Positions 19,231 through 29,272 of a stretch of DNA of 32,000 bases are shown here, in pieces. The first letter of the stretch is position 1; each line of letters starts with the position of its first letter. Location of the stretch: positions 2,700,389 to 2,732,388 of the forward strand of contig NZ_CP078093.1 in the NCBI RefSeq assembly GCF_019203185.1, in the 5' to 3' direction. The translations under genes were made by a program, and so were the position numbers. The notes beneath the pieces were generated by a model. That model was not told the origin of the DNA and made no database searches. It saw only the letters and a program-made list of their open reading frames with translations. The stretch is from Crassaminicella indica (GTDB taxonomy: Bacteria > Bacillota > Clostridia > Peptostreptococcales > Thermotaleaceae).

Positions 19231-20719
19231 ATTTAAACTCCCCCAAACTAGCTAGTTTATCATATTCTGCAAGATTCCTTGTAATATTAGTTGTATTTTC
19301 ATTGATATATGTTATATTTGTTTGAGTTGGAAAATCTATTATACCTTTCTCACAGATTCTCTTAATAATTTTATAAGAAAAAGCTCCATAAGTATTAGCT
19401 CTTTCACATGCTTTATCAATTATTTCATCATCATATTTTGTTCTTAAAGAAAGTATTCCAGAAATAGATTTATAATCATATTTTTTGTTGTTTGAATGCT
19501 TTATGAAGTTATCAAAGAACTTAAGAGCATTTTCTCCTATTTCAAGCATTTCTTCTCTTTGTCTTGACAATATTTGAGCACTTGTTATACTTTTACTATA
19601 AGGATAATGTTCATTATTTGTTATGTATTCGCCCTTTTTATCTTGACATAAGGTATGGAGGGCTATTTCTTTTTCTTTGTAGAATATTTTTAATATATTA
19701 TTTATCTCAATAGCTTCTATTTCTTGTCCTATATAAGCATATGGTACAGAATAATAATTAGCATCGTAGCTGATATGACAATTTGTATTTACAATACATT
19801 TAGTAGATTTAGATAAGATAAAATCTTTATTAGGGATAGGAATTAATTTTTCTTTTTCTATAGAGTTAAAAACTTCGGCAGGAACTTTTTTAGTTGTACC
19901 ATGTTTTCTTATGTTTGCAATATTTTCAAGCCATTCAGATAAAAATTCTTTAGCTTCTTCGTAATCTTTAAATTCTCGACCTTTAAAACAATTATCCTTA
20001 ACATATTTAACATTAGCTTCTACTTTGCCTTTATCCGTAGGAGTGTATACTCTACATGGCTGCGCCCAAAATCCATAATGCGAAGCAAATGATGCATAAT
20101 TTTTTTGCACTGTAGGTTCATAAAAATCAGCTTCTAAAATACCTGCTTTTAAATTATCTATTTTTACTGTTTCAGGTACTCCACAAAAATATTTAAAAGT
20201 ATTTTTGTGACAAGTAATAAAAGTTTTAACAGATTGGTCAAATACTATTTGAACATACATATATCTTGAATAACTCAATGTCATAACAAATATCCAAGCT
20301 TTTTTATGTCTGCCATTAACTTTTATTGTTCCTATATACCCAAAATCAACTTGAGCTTCTTCTCCAGGAAGAGAAGTTAATACCATGTAAGCTTTAGGTG
20401 GATTTTTCTTTATTCCAGCTATATATTTTTTTACAGTATCATAGCTTCCTTCATATCCATGTTCTCTTTGTAAATCTTGAAAAATGCGCTTTGCTGAAAG
20501 TTCTTTAGAAGTTTGAATATTGATATATTCTTTATATGGATCAAGTATTGAAGGATACGCTTTTCTTTCTACAGCACCATGTTTTTCAAGTTTTTCTAGT
20601 ACAGTTCTTACTGTTTTTCTGTCTATTTTTAACATTTTAGCTATTTGAGTTTTGTTATATCCTTTTTCAAATAAAGTATCTATTGTAGTATGCATTTCAA
20701 CCCCCAACATGTATTTCAT
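19223..20719 (-). CDS. istA: IS21 transposase IstA
   Basis: N-terminal HTH NKTQIAKMLKIDRKTVRTVL. DDE/rve core ..EEAQVDFGYIG..WIFVMTLSYSRYMYV...VKIDNLKAGI... 498 aa, uninterrupted. Confidence 0.9.
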   Translation of the reverse strand: MKYMLGVEMHTTIDTLFEKGYNKTQIAKMLKIDRKTVRTVLEKLEKHGAVERKAYPSILDPYKEYINIQTSKELSAKRIFQDLQREHGYEGSYDTVKKYIAGIKKNPPKAYMVLTSLPGEEAQVDFGYIGTIKVNGRHKKAWIFVMTLSYSRYMYVQIVFDQSVKTFITCHKNTFKYFCGVPETVKIDNLKAGILEADFYEPTVQKNYASFASHYGFWAQPCRVYTPTDKGKVEANVKYVKDNCFKGREFKDYEEAKEFLSEWLENIANIRKHGTTKKVPAEVFNSIEKEKLIPIPNKDFILSKSTKCIVNTNCHISYDANYYSVPYAYIGQEIEAIEINNILKIFYKEKEIALHTLCQDKKGEYITNNEHYPYSKSITSAQILSRQREEMLEIGENALKFFDNFIKHSNNKKYDYKSISGILSLRTKYDDEIIDKACERANTYGAFSYKIIKRICEKGIIDFPTQTNITYINENTTNITRNLAEYDKLASLGEFKYE

Positions 20720-20825
20720 CTCCCTTTGCAGACTTTATTTTATTAAACTACAAAGGGGTATTTTTTTCTATACAGATGGGGAATTTTCTTTCCCTTTTCC
20801 GGGTAATTAAATTCTACCACTAACA

Positions 20826-21232
20826 GTCTATTACAAAAAACAAATAGTGCCTTTTCAAAAGGATCTAGCTGAAACTGAGTTTGAACAATGATACTTAATC
20901 CATCAATACTTTTCCTAAGATCAGTAGCCCCACAGGCTAAGTATACTGTATCTATTTTATCTATATTTAACATGTCTTCATAATCGCTTCCAAAACGAAT
21001 GATAGACGATGTAGATGTAGTAGATACGTTTTTAGAAGTTTTTTCTTTAAGATTGACAGCATGAAATACCTGATGATCTTTCTTTAATATAGTTGATGGA
21101 TGCTAATCTTATTTTCTTTACAAAAAGATCTAATAGTTCCTTTATGTAAAGAAAATCTATTCAAATTTTGTTATCTGTTATTCTAGCAAAGTAAGGTACA
21201 AACTACTAGGCAGAAAATCTTTGACGGTTACG
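20826..21232 (-). mobile_element. IS66-family left-end remnant (terminus, deleted tnpA, tnpB N-terminus cut by IS21)
   Basis: 20826-20945 (rc) is identical by eye to 7534-7640 plus the missing N-terminal tnpB codons. The tnpA region has internal deletions relative to 13025-13351. The terminal ...ctttgacggttac is shared with 13441-13453. Track ORF 20743..20973 is a chimera across the IS21/IS66 junction. Confidence 0.8.
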
Positions 21233-21254
21233 CTCAAATTACATTTTTCACAAA

Positions 21255-21297
21255 CAAAAAAAGTCAGCCAAGAATATTTTATTATTCTTAACTGACT
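21255..21297 (-). terminator. rho-independent terminator candidate
   Basis: agtcagccaagaata / tattcttaactgact imperfect hairpin, with a T7 run on the minus strand (A-run 21256-21261 on plus), just downstream of the transposase fragment. Confidence 0.5.
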
Positions 21298-21306
21298 TAA
21301 ATTTTA

Positions 21307-21747
21307 TTAATGTGCCTTAACTAAATGACATTGCCCATTAAGATACTTATTTTCTCTTTTGTTAGCATGATCAAAGTGCTTAAAGTAGCAATCAAAACGA
21401 TCACCAAACTTGGCTTGTAATGTATCAGCAATAGTTAGAAATATGGTAGCATTCTTTAACGTTTTAGGAATCAATTATATTACAATACCTACGGTAATTC
21501 TAATTAGTTCTTCCATAGGGAAATGAACATAGGATAAAACGTAATATAGGGAATTTAAAGCTTTTCCACTATATTTTTTAATGAAATTTTCATATAAAAA
21601 TCGTATAGATCTAACTTCTTCAACAGAAGTAATGGCTAACATTAACCACAGAAATCCATCAAAGCTACGCTTTTTGAAAAGTGAGCAATATTTAAGTAAA
21701 TACTGTTGTAAAGTTTGAATAAATGAATATTTGGATATACTAATCAT
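21307..21747 (-). pseudogene. IS4/IS701-like transposase N-terminal fragment with in-frame nonsense codon
   Basis: ORF 21475..21747 continues in the same frame past TAA (21475-21477) as LIPKTLKNATIFLTIADTLQAKFGDRFDCYFKHFDHANKRENKYLNGQCHLV. This resembles the (I/L)DDT..K.G...........DH...GH region of such transposases. Only ~146 codons in total. Confidence 0.55.
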
Positions 21748-21887
21748 ATCAGATGCCTCCTAGGGTATTGGTCTTCATAAAATTAGTATTCCTAGTATTC
21801 AGGTGTCTGATTTTGTTATTTATATCCAATTAATTTATAATTTCTTGTAAAGTAATGTAAAAATATTAGATAGATACGATTTTATAC

Positions 21888-23531
21888 TTACCACCTATAC
21901 TCATTATATCCACCTTCAGGACCATTGTCTTTGTCATACCATTTATCTAATAATTCAAACCAGTTACCTACTTTATTTATTTCTTTATTTATTCCTTCTT
22001 TACACCATTTTAATTTTCCATAACACATGTCTCCAAGCGCTAAATATTTAGTTAAATCAAGAGGGCTATACCAAAATTGAGATTCAAAATGTCTATGGTA
22101 AACGCGATTAGAATAAACTTCACTATCACCTGATGGGAAGAAAATAGATAATCCATTTTTACCATCCTTAAATCCATCATAATCTTCTCCCCCATAAGAA
22201 TAGAGAATCATATCATCTACTCTATCCATAAGAGTTTGAGATTTACTATAGATATTCGATAAATTTGTTATAAGAATATCTTCATTTTGATTATATATCA
22301 CATCATAAACAGCAGTCTGTTGTTTTTCTATATATACTTCATTCATAACAGTATTAGGTTGTTTTTCATTATATACTTCATCCGCAACAGTTTTTGTGAA
22401 TTTATCACTATATTTTATTTCTTTTGCAAAATCATATAAATCAAATAATGGATAAAAAAGTTGACTAATTATATTATTCGAATAAAAATAATGCATAATT
22501 TTAGGATTACTTATGTTCCCTCTTAATTCTTCGATTTTTTGTTTCTCATCCTCAATAGCAACAACAAGACCATCTACTGCATTTTTAACATCTTTTACTT
22601 TGGATAAGTCATAACAAGACAAAGTTTGATTTGTAACAATATTTTTACAAGAATCTCTCTGTTCTTCAACGATGATTGCACCAATTTGAGCATTTGTTAT
22701 AGTTTTAGGAGAATAATATTTTTCATATCCCCCCAAAGTTGAATCCTTTTCATTATTGTGTCCATCTTTAGTTTGTAATCTGTTTAGAATCTTATCATAT
22801 TTCCAACCTTGTTCCCATTCAGCTGTAGCACAGCCCACCATAATATCAGCTTCAAATCCACCATTTCCTTTATAAAATTGATAAGCAAACTCTACATTTC
22901 CCATGTAGCAAGCATCTAAACCTAAAACATCTACAGATTGTTCTTTAGTTAGTACATCAGAAATCTCTCCCGTATATAAAGCATCATATCCATTTGTTTC
23001 ATCTGTACATACCATTTTTCTTTTTTCGTTTTTAGGATCTTTTCTTGGTCCTCCTCCATGATTAGAAAGAATCAATACATATTTATCAGCTGGGTATTTT
23101 TCTTTACAATAATCAATAAAATTTTTTAGTGTGTAAGCATCCCCCATATTAGCTTCAAATGTTGTAAAAATTGTACTTATTTTAGGAAATTGTTTTCCAC
23201 CATCTAACCTTTTAACTTCATTTGGATTGATCTTATATAATCTTGTATCATCAAAATCTTCTCCAAATACCTCTTGATCAGAACTATAGCTTTCATGTCG
23301 GTCTACTAACGCAATCAGATTAATTTCTTTAGTAACACCTTTTTTCATTTCTACAACGTCACTTAACAAATCTGGTTCAAGATCATTATCTGCATCGCAA
23401 TAGTACATTATAGTGATAGGTTTTTTTTCTACTAATAATTCTTTTGCATAAGCAAAGTTAAGATTTCCTAAAACTAGACATATCAATAGAACAACGGTCA
23501 ATATAGCATTATTTTTTTTATTTTTAATCAT
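21888..23531 (-). CDS. secreted C11-family (clostripain-like) cysteine peptidase
   Basis: Start set at MIKNKKNN (23531, RBS GAAAGGA). Signal peptide ..LGNLNFAYA|KE. C11 layout MYYCDADNDLE..., catalytic His in LILSNHGGG and catalytic Cys in LGLDACYMG. Confidence 0.8.
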   Translation of the reverse strand: MIKNKKNNAILTVVLLICLVLGNLNFAYAKELLVEKKPITIMYYCDADNDLEPDLLSDVVEMKKGVTKEINLIALVDRHESYSSDQEVFGEDFDDTRLYKINPNEVKRLDGGKQFPKISTIFTTFEANMGDAYTLKNFIDYCKEKYPADKYVLILSNHGGGPRKDPKNEKRKMVCTDETNGYDALYTGEISDVLTKEQSVDVLGLDACYMGNVEFAYQFYKGNGGFEADIMVGCATAEWEQGWKYDKILNRLQTKDGHNNEKDSTLGGYEKYYSPKTITNAQIGAIIVEEQRDSCKNIVTNQTLSCYDLSKVKDVKNAVDGLVVAIEDEKQKIEELRGNISNPKIMHYFYSNNIISQLFYPLFDLYDFAKEIKYSDKFTKTVADEVYNEKQPNTVMNEVYIEKQQTAVYDVIYNQNEDILITNLSNIYSKSQTLMDRVDDMILYSYGGEDYDGFKDGKNGLSIFFPSGDSEVYSNRVYHRHFESQFWYSPLDLTKYLALGDMCYGKLKWCKEGINKEINKVGNWFELLDKWYDKDNGPEGGYNEYRW

Positions 23532-23595
23532 TATTAAACATCCTTTCGTTTTGTTTAAAGTACACTGCAATTTATTAAATAATTCTTAATAAGCT

Positions 23596-24593
23596 TGATG
23601 TTAGTATAAAAGCATGAACACGAAAAGTAGGATATAATAACTATATCTGAAAGGAAGTGTTCACATGAAACAAAATGGAAAAAGATATGATGATGATTTT
23701 AAAAGAATGCTTGTTGATTTATACAATACCACCAATCATACCTACAAAAGTCTCGAAAGCGAATATAGCGTAACAGCTACAACAATTCAAAGATGGGTAA
23801 AGGATTTAACTCCTATCGATCCATCGGATGAAAATTCTATAAGCCCTCGTGAAAGAAAGCAAGCGCCGCTATGGAGCGCATAAAATCCATCAACAGATGA
23901 AGAAAGAGAAACTGCTTGAAACAATACCTAGCCTAAAAAGAGTTCAAAGATTCATGAAAAATATGGGTTTATTTGCTGTACTCATCAAACGATTTAAATA
24001 CAAGAATACCAAGACTACTAATAAAAATCTTCCAAATCTATTTAATCAAGATTTTTCGACTACTAAATTGAATCAGAAGTGGGTTGCCGATATAACTTAT
24101 ATCAATACAATTCATGATGGATGGTGCTATTTAGCTTCAATACTTGATTTACATAGCCAAAAAATTGTTGGCTATGAATTTACTAAGAAAATGGATTAAT
24201 CCATCGTTTTAAACGCATTAGATAAAACTATGCTTCGACAAGGAAAACCTAAAAATGTGATTATACATACAGATCGTGTTAGTCAATACCTAAGTAAAGA
24301 TTATATAAAAGCAATCGAAGGCTATGGAGCAAAGAGATCTTATAGTGCTAAGGGAAATCCTTATGATAATGCTGTAATCAAATCATTTCATGCAATTTTG
24401 AAAAAAGAAGAAATTTACCAAAATATTTATCGTTCATATGAAAAAGCTAATTTGGCTATATTTGAGTTTATTGAATCCTGGTACAACAATAAAAGAATTC
24501 ATAGCAGCATTGGATATCTTACACCAAATGAATTTGAAAAACTTGCTGCTTAAAATATCACACTTTTTGTGTCCAAATATTGACATAAGTCCA
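23596..24593 (+). mobile_element. IS3-family element, decayed (orfA truncated, orfB in 3 pieces, ~260 bp shorter than its relative)
   Basis: Ends TGATGTTAGTATAAAAGCATGAACAC... and ...GTGTCCAAATATTGACATAAGTCCA. Flanked by direct GCT (23593-23595 and 24594-24596). ORFs 23665..23883, 23849..24199 and 24230..24553 carry the HTH and rve motifs (WVADITYI, HTDRVSQY, YNNKRIHSSIGYLTP). Confidence 0.8.
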
Positions 24594-24646
24594 GCTTCAC
24601 ATGTTCATCATTATTAACATATGATTCTACTATGCGTATATTTTAT

Positions 24647-26437
24647 TTAAGACTGTTCATAGTCGCCTATTTGGATATTATATAATGTACTATAAATTCC
24701 TTCTAAATTCATGAGCTCTTCATGGCTTCCACTTTCCTCAATTCTTCCTTTTTCTAAAACAATTATATTAGCAGCTTGTTTAATAAAATTATTAAATCTG
24801 TGAGCTACAATAATACCTATTTTCTCTTTCAACAAATCATTATACATACTAGATAAATTGTACTCTGATATAGCATCTAATGCTGCATTAGGTTCATCTA
24901 AGATGTATATATCAGCTTCCTTTGCAAACGCTCTTGCTAAAGCAACTCTTTGCCACTGTCCAATAGATATTTGTTTACCATTATCAAACCAATACCCCAA
25001 CTGAACATCTATGTTTTTAGGTTCATTCTTTGTCAAATCTTGCAAGTTAAATCTATTACTAATTTCATTAATACGATTATCGTCTCGAATAATATCTAAA
25101 TTTCCATAGCCTATATTTTCTCTAAAAGTAGTTTCGAATTTAGCAAAATCTTGAAATAAAGTTCCTATTCTTCTTTGTAATACTGATTTATCTATTTCTT
25201 TCATATCAATTCCATTTATGTATACACTGCCTTCATAATCATCATAGAATCCCATCATAATTTTTATTAGAGTAGTTTTTCCACTTCCGTTTTTTCCTAC
25301 TATTGCAATAAATTCCCCTTTCCTAATGGTTAAATTAATATCTTTTAATACATAATCCTCATCTTCTCTATATTTATAATATAGATGTTCTATTTTTATT
25401 TCGTTTATTTGATCTATCTCTTTTAGAGTTGTTACTTTTCTTTTGTTTTTTAAATTCAAAAAAACATACAATTGATCTATAAAAATACTTTGTTTTTGTA
25501 TACTTGCAAACGACTCTAGAATTTTTTCAATATAAGATGTTAAATCTATAATCGTTCTAGTATAAGTTATAACATTTCCAATTAAAATTTCACCAATATA
25601 TCCGATATAAAGAACATAAGCAAACATAAGTGAGCTTAAAATATGTTCAAATATCCCAACAATTGATAAATATACTATAGATTGCTTTGCAATCTTTAAA
25701 TCTTGTAAATTAAAACTATTAATATAGTTTTTATATTTAGTTATAAAATAATCAAACAATTGATATGCTTTTAATTCTTTATAGTTCTCTCCATTCTTTA
25801 TAAGAAAATCATAGTACCATGCTTGTCTCTCCTGATTAGTTCTCGCTTTTATTATTTTAAATTCTTTTATGTTTATATTTTTAACTACAAAATATTTAAC
25901 AATTGGAACTATCAAAACAATTATAACAATCCAAGCTTTAAAATAAAGTAAAATAATTACATATGAAAACATAGTAATCAAAGTACTTGAAATATTAACA
26001 AACATGTTAAAATATGATAATAGCTTACCTTCACTTTCATATTGTGCTCGTCTAATTATGTCATAAGTTTCACTATTTTCATAATCCTTCAGCTCAAGAT
26101 TTGTTACTTTTCGTAATACTTCCTCTTTAATTATTAAATTAAATTTTAAACTAAACTTAGTATTAAAATATCCTACTAAACTTTGAAATATAGTTTGAAA
26201 TAAATCCACCCCTGCATAAAGAGCTATATAAACAAATACTTGTCTTATATTTTTTATTCCAAGTTGTATTAGATTTATAATTTTCTGCATTAATAGTAAA
26301 GAAACGGTAGGAAGTATACCCGTTACTATCGTAGAAATTAAAGTTACAGCAAAATATCTCTTGTCTACTTTATATATATACTTTATTGTTTTAATTAAGT
26401 TTTCCCAAATATTAGTAGTTGTTTCTTCTGGATTCAT
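24647..26437 (-). CDS. lanT: ABC exporter, fused TMD-NBD half-transporter (LanT-like, no C39 peptidase domain)
   Basis: Start set at MNPEETT (26437, RBS AGGAGA). Six predicted TM helices. Walker A GKNGSGKTT, signature SIGQWQRVALARA, Walker B IYILDEPNAALD. Same strand as, and contiguous with, lanC once the IS is removed. Confidence 0.7.
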   Translation of the reverse strand: MNPEETTTNIWENLIKTIKYIYKVDKRYFAVTLISTIVTGILPTVSLLLMQKIINLIQLGIKNIRQVFVYIALYAGVDLFQTIFQSLVGYFNTKFSLKFNLIIKEEVLRKVTNLELKDYENSETYDIIRRAQYESEGKLLSYFNMFVNISSTLITMFSYVIILLYFKAWIVIIVLIVPIVKYFVVKNINIKEFKIIKARTNQERQAWYYDFLIKNGENYKELKAYQLFDYFITKYKNYINSFNLQDLKIAKQSIVYLSIVGIFEHILSSLMFAYVLYIGYIGEILIGNVITYTRTIIDLTSYIEKILESFASIQKQSIFIDQLYVFLNLKNKRKVTTLKEIDQINEIKIEHLYYKYREDEDYVLKDINLTIRKGEFIAIVGKNGSGKTTLIKIMMGFYDDYEGSVYINGIDMKEIDKSVLQRRIGTLFQDFAKFETTFRENIGYGNLDIIRDDNRINEISNRFNLQDLTKNEPKNIDVQLGYWFDNGKQISIGQWQRVALARAFAKEADIYILDEPNAALDAISEYNLSSMYNDLLKEKIGIIVAHRFNNFIKQAANIIVLEKGRIEESGSHEELMNLEGIYSTLYNIQIGDYEQS

Positions 26438-26579
26438 AATTATTCTCCTATTCAACTAAATACATTAATATAAGTTGTTCATCTTATATTATAATAGTAT
26501 GCAAATTATCGTGTTTTGTATCTACCAACAATTATACTTAGTCCTACTAACTAAGTACAATAATTTTTAATGTGCTACC

Positions 26580-27840
26580 TGGGCTTATGTCAATATTTTG
26601 AACACAAAAAGTTTAACAGATTAAAAAGCTGACTTTAAATTATTCTCAAATTGGTCGGGAGTGATATAACCAATACTACTATGTATTCTATTTCTGTTGT
26701 ATCAAGACTCAATGAATTCAAAGATAGATTTTTTAGCTTCATTAAAATCTCTATACTTTTTATGATTAACTTCTTCTTTTTTTAATATTGAATGAGATGA
26801 TTCTATTGGAGCATTATCATAGGGATTACCCTTACTGCTAAAAGAAATAGATAATCCTAGACTTTTAACCTTTTTCATATATTCATAGCTAGTGTATTGG
26901 CTTCCTCGGTCAAAGTGAATGATAACTTGACCATTAGGTCTTTGGTTAAAATAAGCATTTTCTAAAGCTTTTATTGTTAATTCAGTAGTGATAGATTTAG
27001 AGAATGAGTAACCTATGATTTTTCTTGTATATAAATCCATTATTGATGCTAGGTAACACCAACCATCTTTAATAGTATAAATATAGGTAATATCAGCTAC
27101 CCACTTTTGATTTATACAAGTAGCTGTAAAGTCTCTTTTGATGATGTTTTTACCTATTATTTCATTACACTTAGAAGAATAATACTTAAATTTTTTATGA
27201 ACAATTGATCTAATACCTAGCTTTTTCATTAACCTTTATGTTCTTTTTAGACTTACTGACCATCCACGAGATTTTAGTATTTGTCTAATTTTAGGAGCAC
27301 CGTAACGCTTTTTACTATCTAGATAAACAGACATAATGGCTTTTTAGTTTTTCATTTTCAAGAGATCTGTTAGATTTTTCTCTGGACCTACGGTCATAGT
27401 AAGTGCTACGAGGTAGTTCTAAAATTTTACATAACAATTTAATATTATGTTTTTTCTTATTATCTTCGATAAAAGAAATTAATGATTGAATATCTATTTT
27501 TTCGTGAATATGGTTAAAGCCTTTTTTAAGATTTCAATTTCCTCCTTGATCTTTGCATTTTCCTTTTTCATCTCAGCTATATCTTTAGGAGTAATAGGTT
27601 CTTGATCTTCTACTTTAATTACTTTGTTTTCTTTAATCCATTTATAGATTGTTGTTCTAGTTACACCATATTCATGTTCTAACTCTGATACTGAACTACC
27701 AGAGTTATATAATTCAATAATTGTTTGTTTAAAATCTTCGTTGTATCTTTTACCATTAGTATTCATACGGACACACCCTTTCATCTAATTATAGTTTATC
27801 TTGTTAAACTAAGTGTGTCCATGATTCTATACTAACACCA
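26580..27840 (-). mobile_element. IS3-family insertion sequence (1261 bp), orfA intact, orfB inactivated
   Basis: Termini TGGGCTTATGTCAATATTTTGAACAC (26580) and ...ACTAACACCA (27840). Flanked by direct ACC (26577-26579 and 27841-27843). orfB has a premature stop before MKKLGIRS and a TGG-to-TGA nonsense at 26702 (FEFIES*YNRNRIHSSIGYITP). Confidence 0.85.
27494..27766 (-). CDS. IS3-family OrfA (HTH transposase subunit)
   Basis: MNTNGKRYNEDFKQTIIELYNSGSSVSELEHEYGVTRTTIYKWIKE plus a leucine-zipper-like tail. Start at 27766 follows AAAGGGTG. Confidence 0.75.
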   Translation of the reverse strand: MNTNGKRYNEDFKQTIIELYNSGSSVSELEHEYGVTRTTIYKWIKENKVIKVEDQEPITPKDIAEMKKENAKIKEEIEILKKALTIFTKK

Positions 27841-27973
27841 ACCTGATAATTTTCTTTCTAATAATTTTGTTCCTTTAACAACAGATATTCTATCATTTAA
27901 GACTCCTTATATTGTATAGAATAGACATCTATTTTTAGATTTTTATAAGCATACCTACATTATATAAATACCA

Positions 27974-29272
27974 TTAATCGACCATTAATACTCTTCCATA
28001 CTCCATGCTTTCATGAATAACACCTAAAAGTGATAGTACAACTCCCATTGCTCCTTGTAATAAAGACAAATCATTTTCAAAATGATTTTTAATGATTTGA
28101 TTCATATCATAGCTAGTATCACTATTCTTATTAAATATATCAAGAATTGCATTTATATCTTTCTCAATAGTTTTAACAAAACGTTCATCTTTGGTATCCC
28201 TATAAGCCATCATTCTTATGCATAAAACACTAGAATACCCATGACATAAAATTGTTTCAAATAAATTATATCGATTTACAGGTTGATTGATTATATTAAT
28301 CAGATCTTTTTTATAAGTTTCCTCCTTTTGCGTATAACCCATATATTGAGCTGCTTTTTGCAACCCTCTTGCTATTCCTGTGTTACCATAACACCAACTT
28401 GCCATGGGAAGTCTTAAATTATCTGAATACTGTCCTTTGATAAAATTTTCAAAAGATAATTGCGTAGGCCATGCAGCAATATCATTACGGTATACTTTAA
28501 ATTGATCATAAATATCAAACAATGTGCTAATTGCATTTTCAATTCCTTCTACTCTTATTTCTTTATTATGTGCTTTAGTTAATGCCACTAATGGTCCTAA
28601 CATTCCATGAGATAAACCAAAATTAATATTTCCATTTGGAAACTCTAATTGTTCATCTTCTCTAGATAAATTTTCCTTAATAATATGAAAATTTATAATC
28701 GAATTATCCATATGCTCATGATAGTTAGTTAATTCAATAAGATATTTAATTAATTTTTCTAATTGCAAATTTTCCTCTAAATTCCATTCAAAATCTAGTA
28801 AAAAGTATACAAAACCAGATACTCCAGCAATAACATCATAATCGTTCATAAAAACATCATTTTTTCTTCTTAATCTTTCCACAAACTCAACAGCTTGCTC
28901 TAGAAAAAACTTATTTAATGTATTAGAGAATTTTGATAGATTTCCAGTTTTTTTATTAAATAAACTAACACAGAAACATTTATATCCAAATCCACCAATC
29001 ATACCAAGATTTTTTTCTGAAATACCATATGTTTCTATTTCCTGTTTCAATCCTTTACATAAGTCATATCCCATTTGTTCCCATTTATCTTTATTATCTA
29101 TTAGTGGATAGATCTCCGAAATTATCATTAAAAAATCACTATTATATATAGGATTTATAATTTCTAAATCATATTGTTCTTCAATGTATTGAAAAAAGCA
29201 ATTTAAAAACTCATTAACCCTATCCCTTGTATTTTCTGAAATATGTATATAATTATTTGTATCACCTATCAT
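27974..29272 (-). CDS. lanC: LanC lanthipeptide cyclase (class I)
   Basis: Zinc-ligand and active-site motifs GLSHGMLG, SWCYGNTGIARG and LCHGYSSVL, in the canonical order and spacing. The start overlaps the upstream gene stop by 11 nt. Confidence 0.9.
   Translation of the reverse strand: MIGDTNNYIHISENTRDRVNEFLNCFFQYIEEQYDLEIINPIYNSDFLMIISEIYPLIDNKDKWEQMGYDLCKGLKQEIETYGISEKNLGMIGGFGYKCFCVSLFNKKTGNLSKFSNTLNKFFLEQAVEFVERLRRKNDVFMNDYDVIAGVSGFVYFLLDFEWNLEENLQLEKLIKYLIELTNYHEHMDNSIINFHIIKENLSREDEQLEFPNGNINFGLSHGMLGPLVALTKAHNKEIRVEGIENAISTLFDIYDQFKVYRNDIAAWPTQLSFENFIKGQYSDNLRLPMASWCYGNTGIARGLQKAAQYMGYTQKEETYKKDLINIINQPVNRYNLFETILCHGYSSVLCIRMMAYRDTKDERFVKTIEKDINAILDIFNKNSDTSYDMNQIIKNHFENDLSLLQGAMGVVLSLLGVIHESMEYGRVLMVD

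Larger units (their letters stand above)
18347..20825 (-). mobile_element. IS21-family insertion sequence, apparently intact (istA plus istB, ~2.48 kb)
   Basis: Ends TGATAGTAGTG... (18347) and ...CCACTAACA (20825, rc TGTTAGTGG) are related. Both carry an internal GGGGAA(n)CCCTTTT-type subterminal repeat. No matching target duplication (tcacg vs gtcta). Confidence 0.85.

Noticed and set aside
20743-20973. 76-aa ORF MLNIDKIDTVYLACGATDLRKSIDGLS...
   Set aside because: It is real IS66 tnpB only for its first ~49 codons. The rest reads through the IS21 terminal repeat after the 20825/20826 junction. It is annotated as part of the IS66 remnant rather than as a gene.
23596-27840. Composite transposon formed by the two inverted IS3-family copies carrying the ABC exporter
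   Set aside because: Each copy has its own matching 3-bp target duplication (GCT/GCT and ACC/ACC). The outer flanks of the pair do not match each other. The two elements are clearly different sequences, and both transposases are inactivated. Two independent simple insertions explain the structure better.
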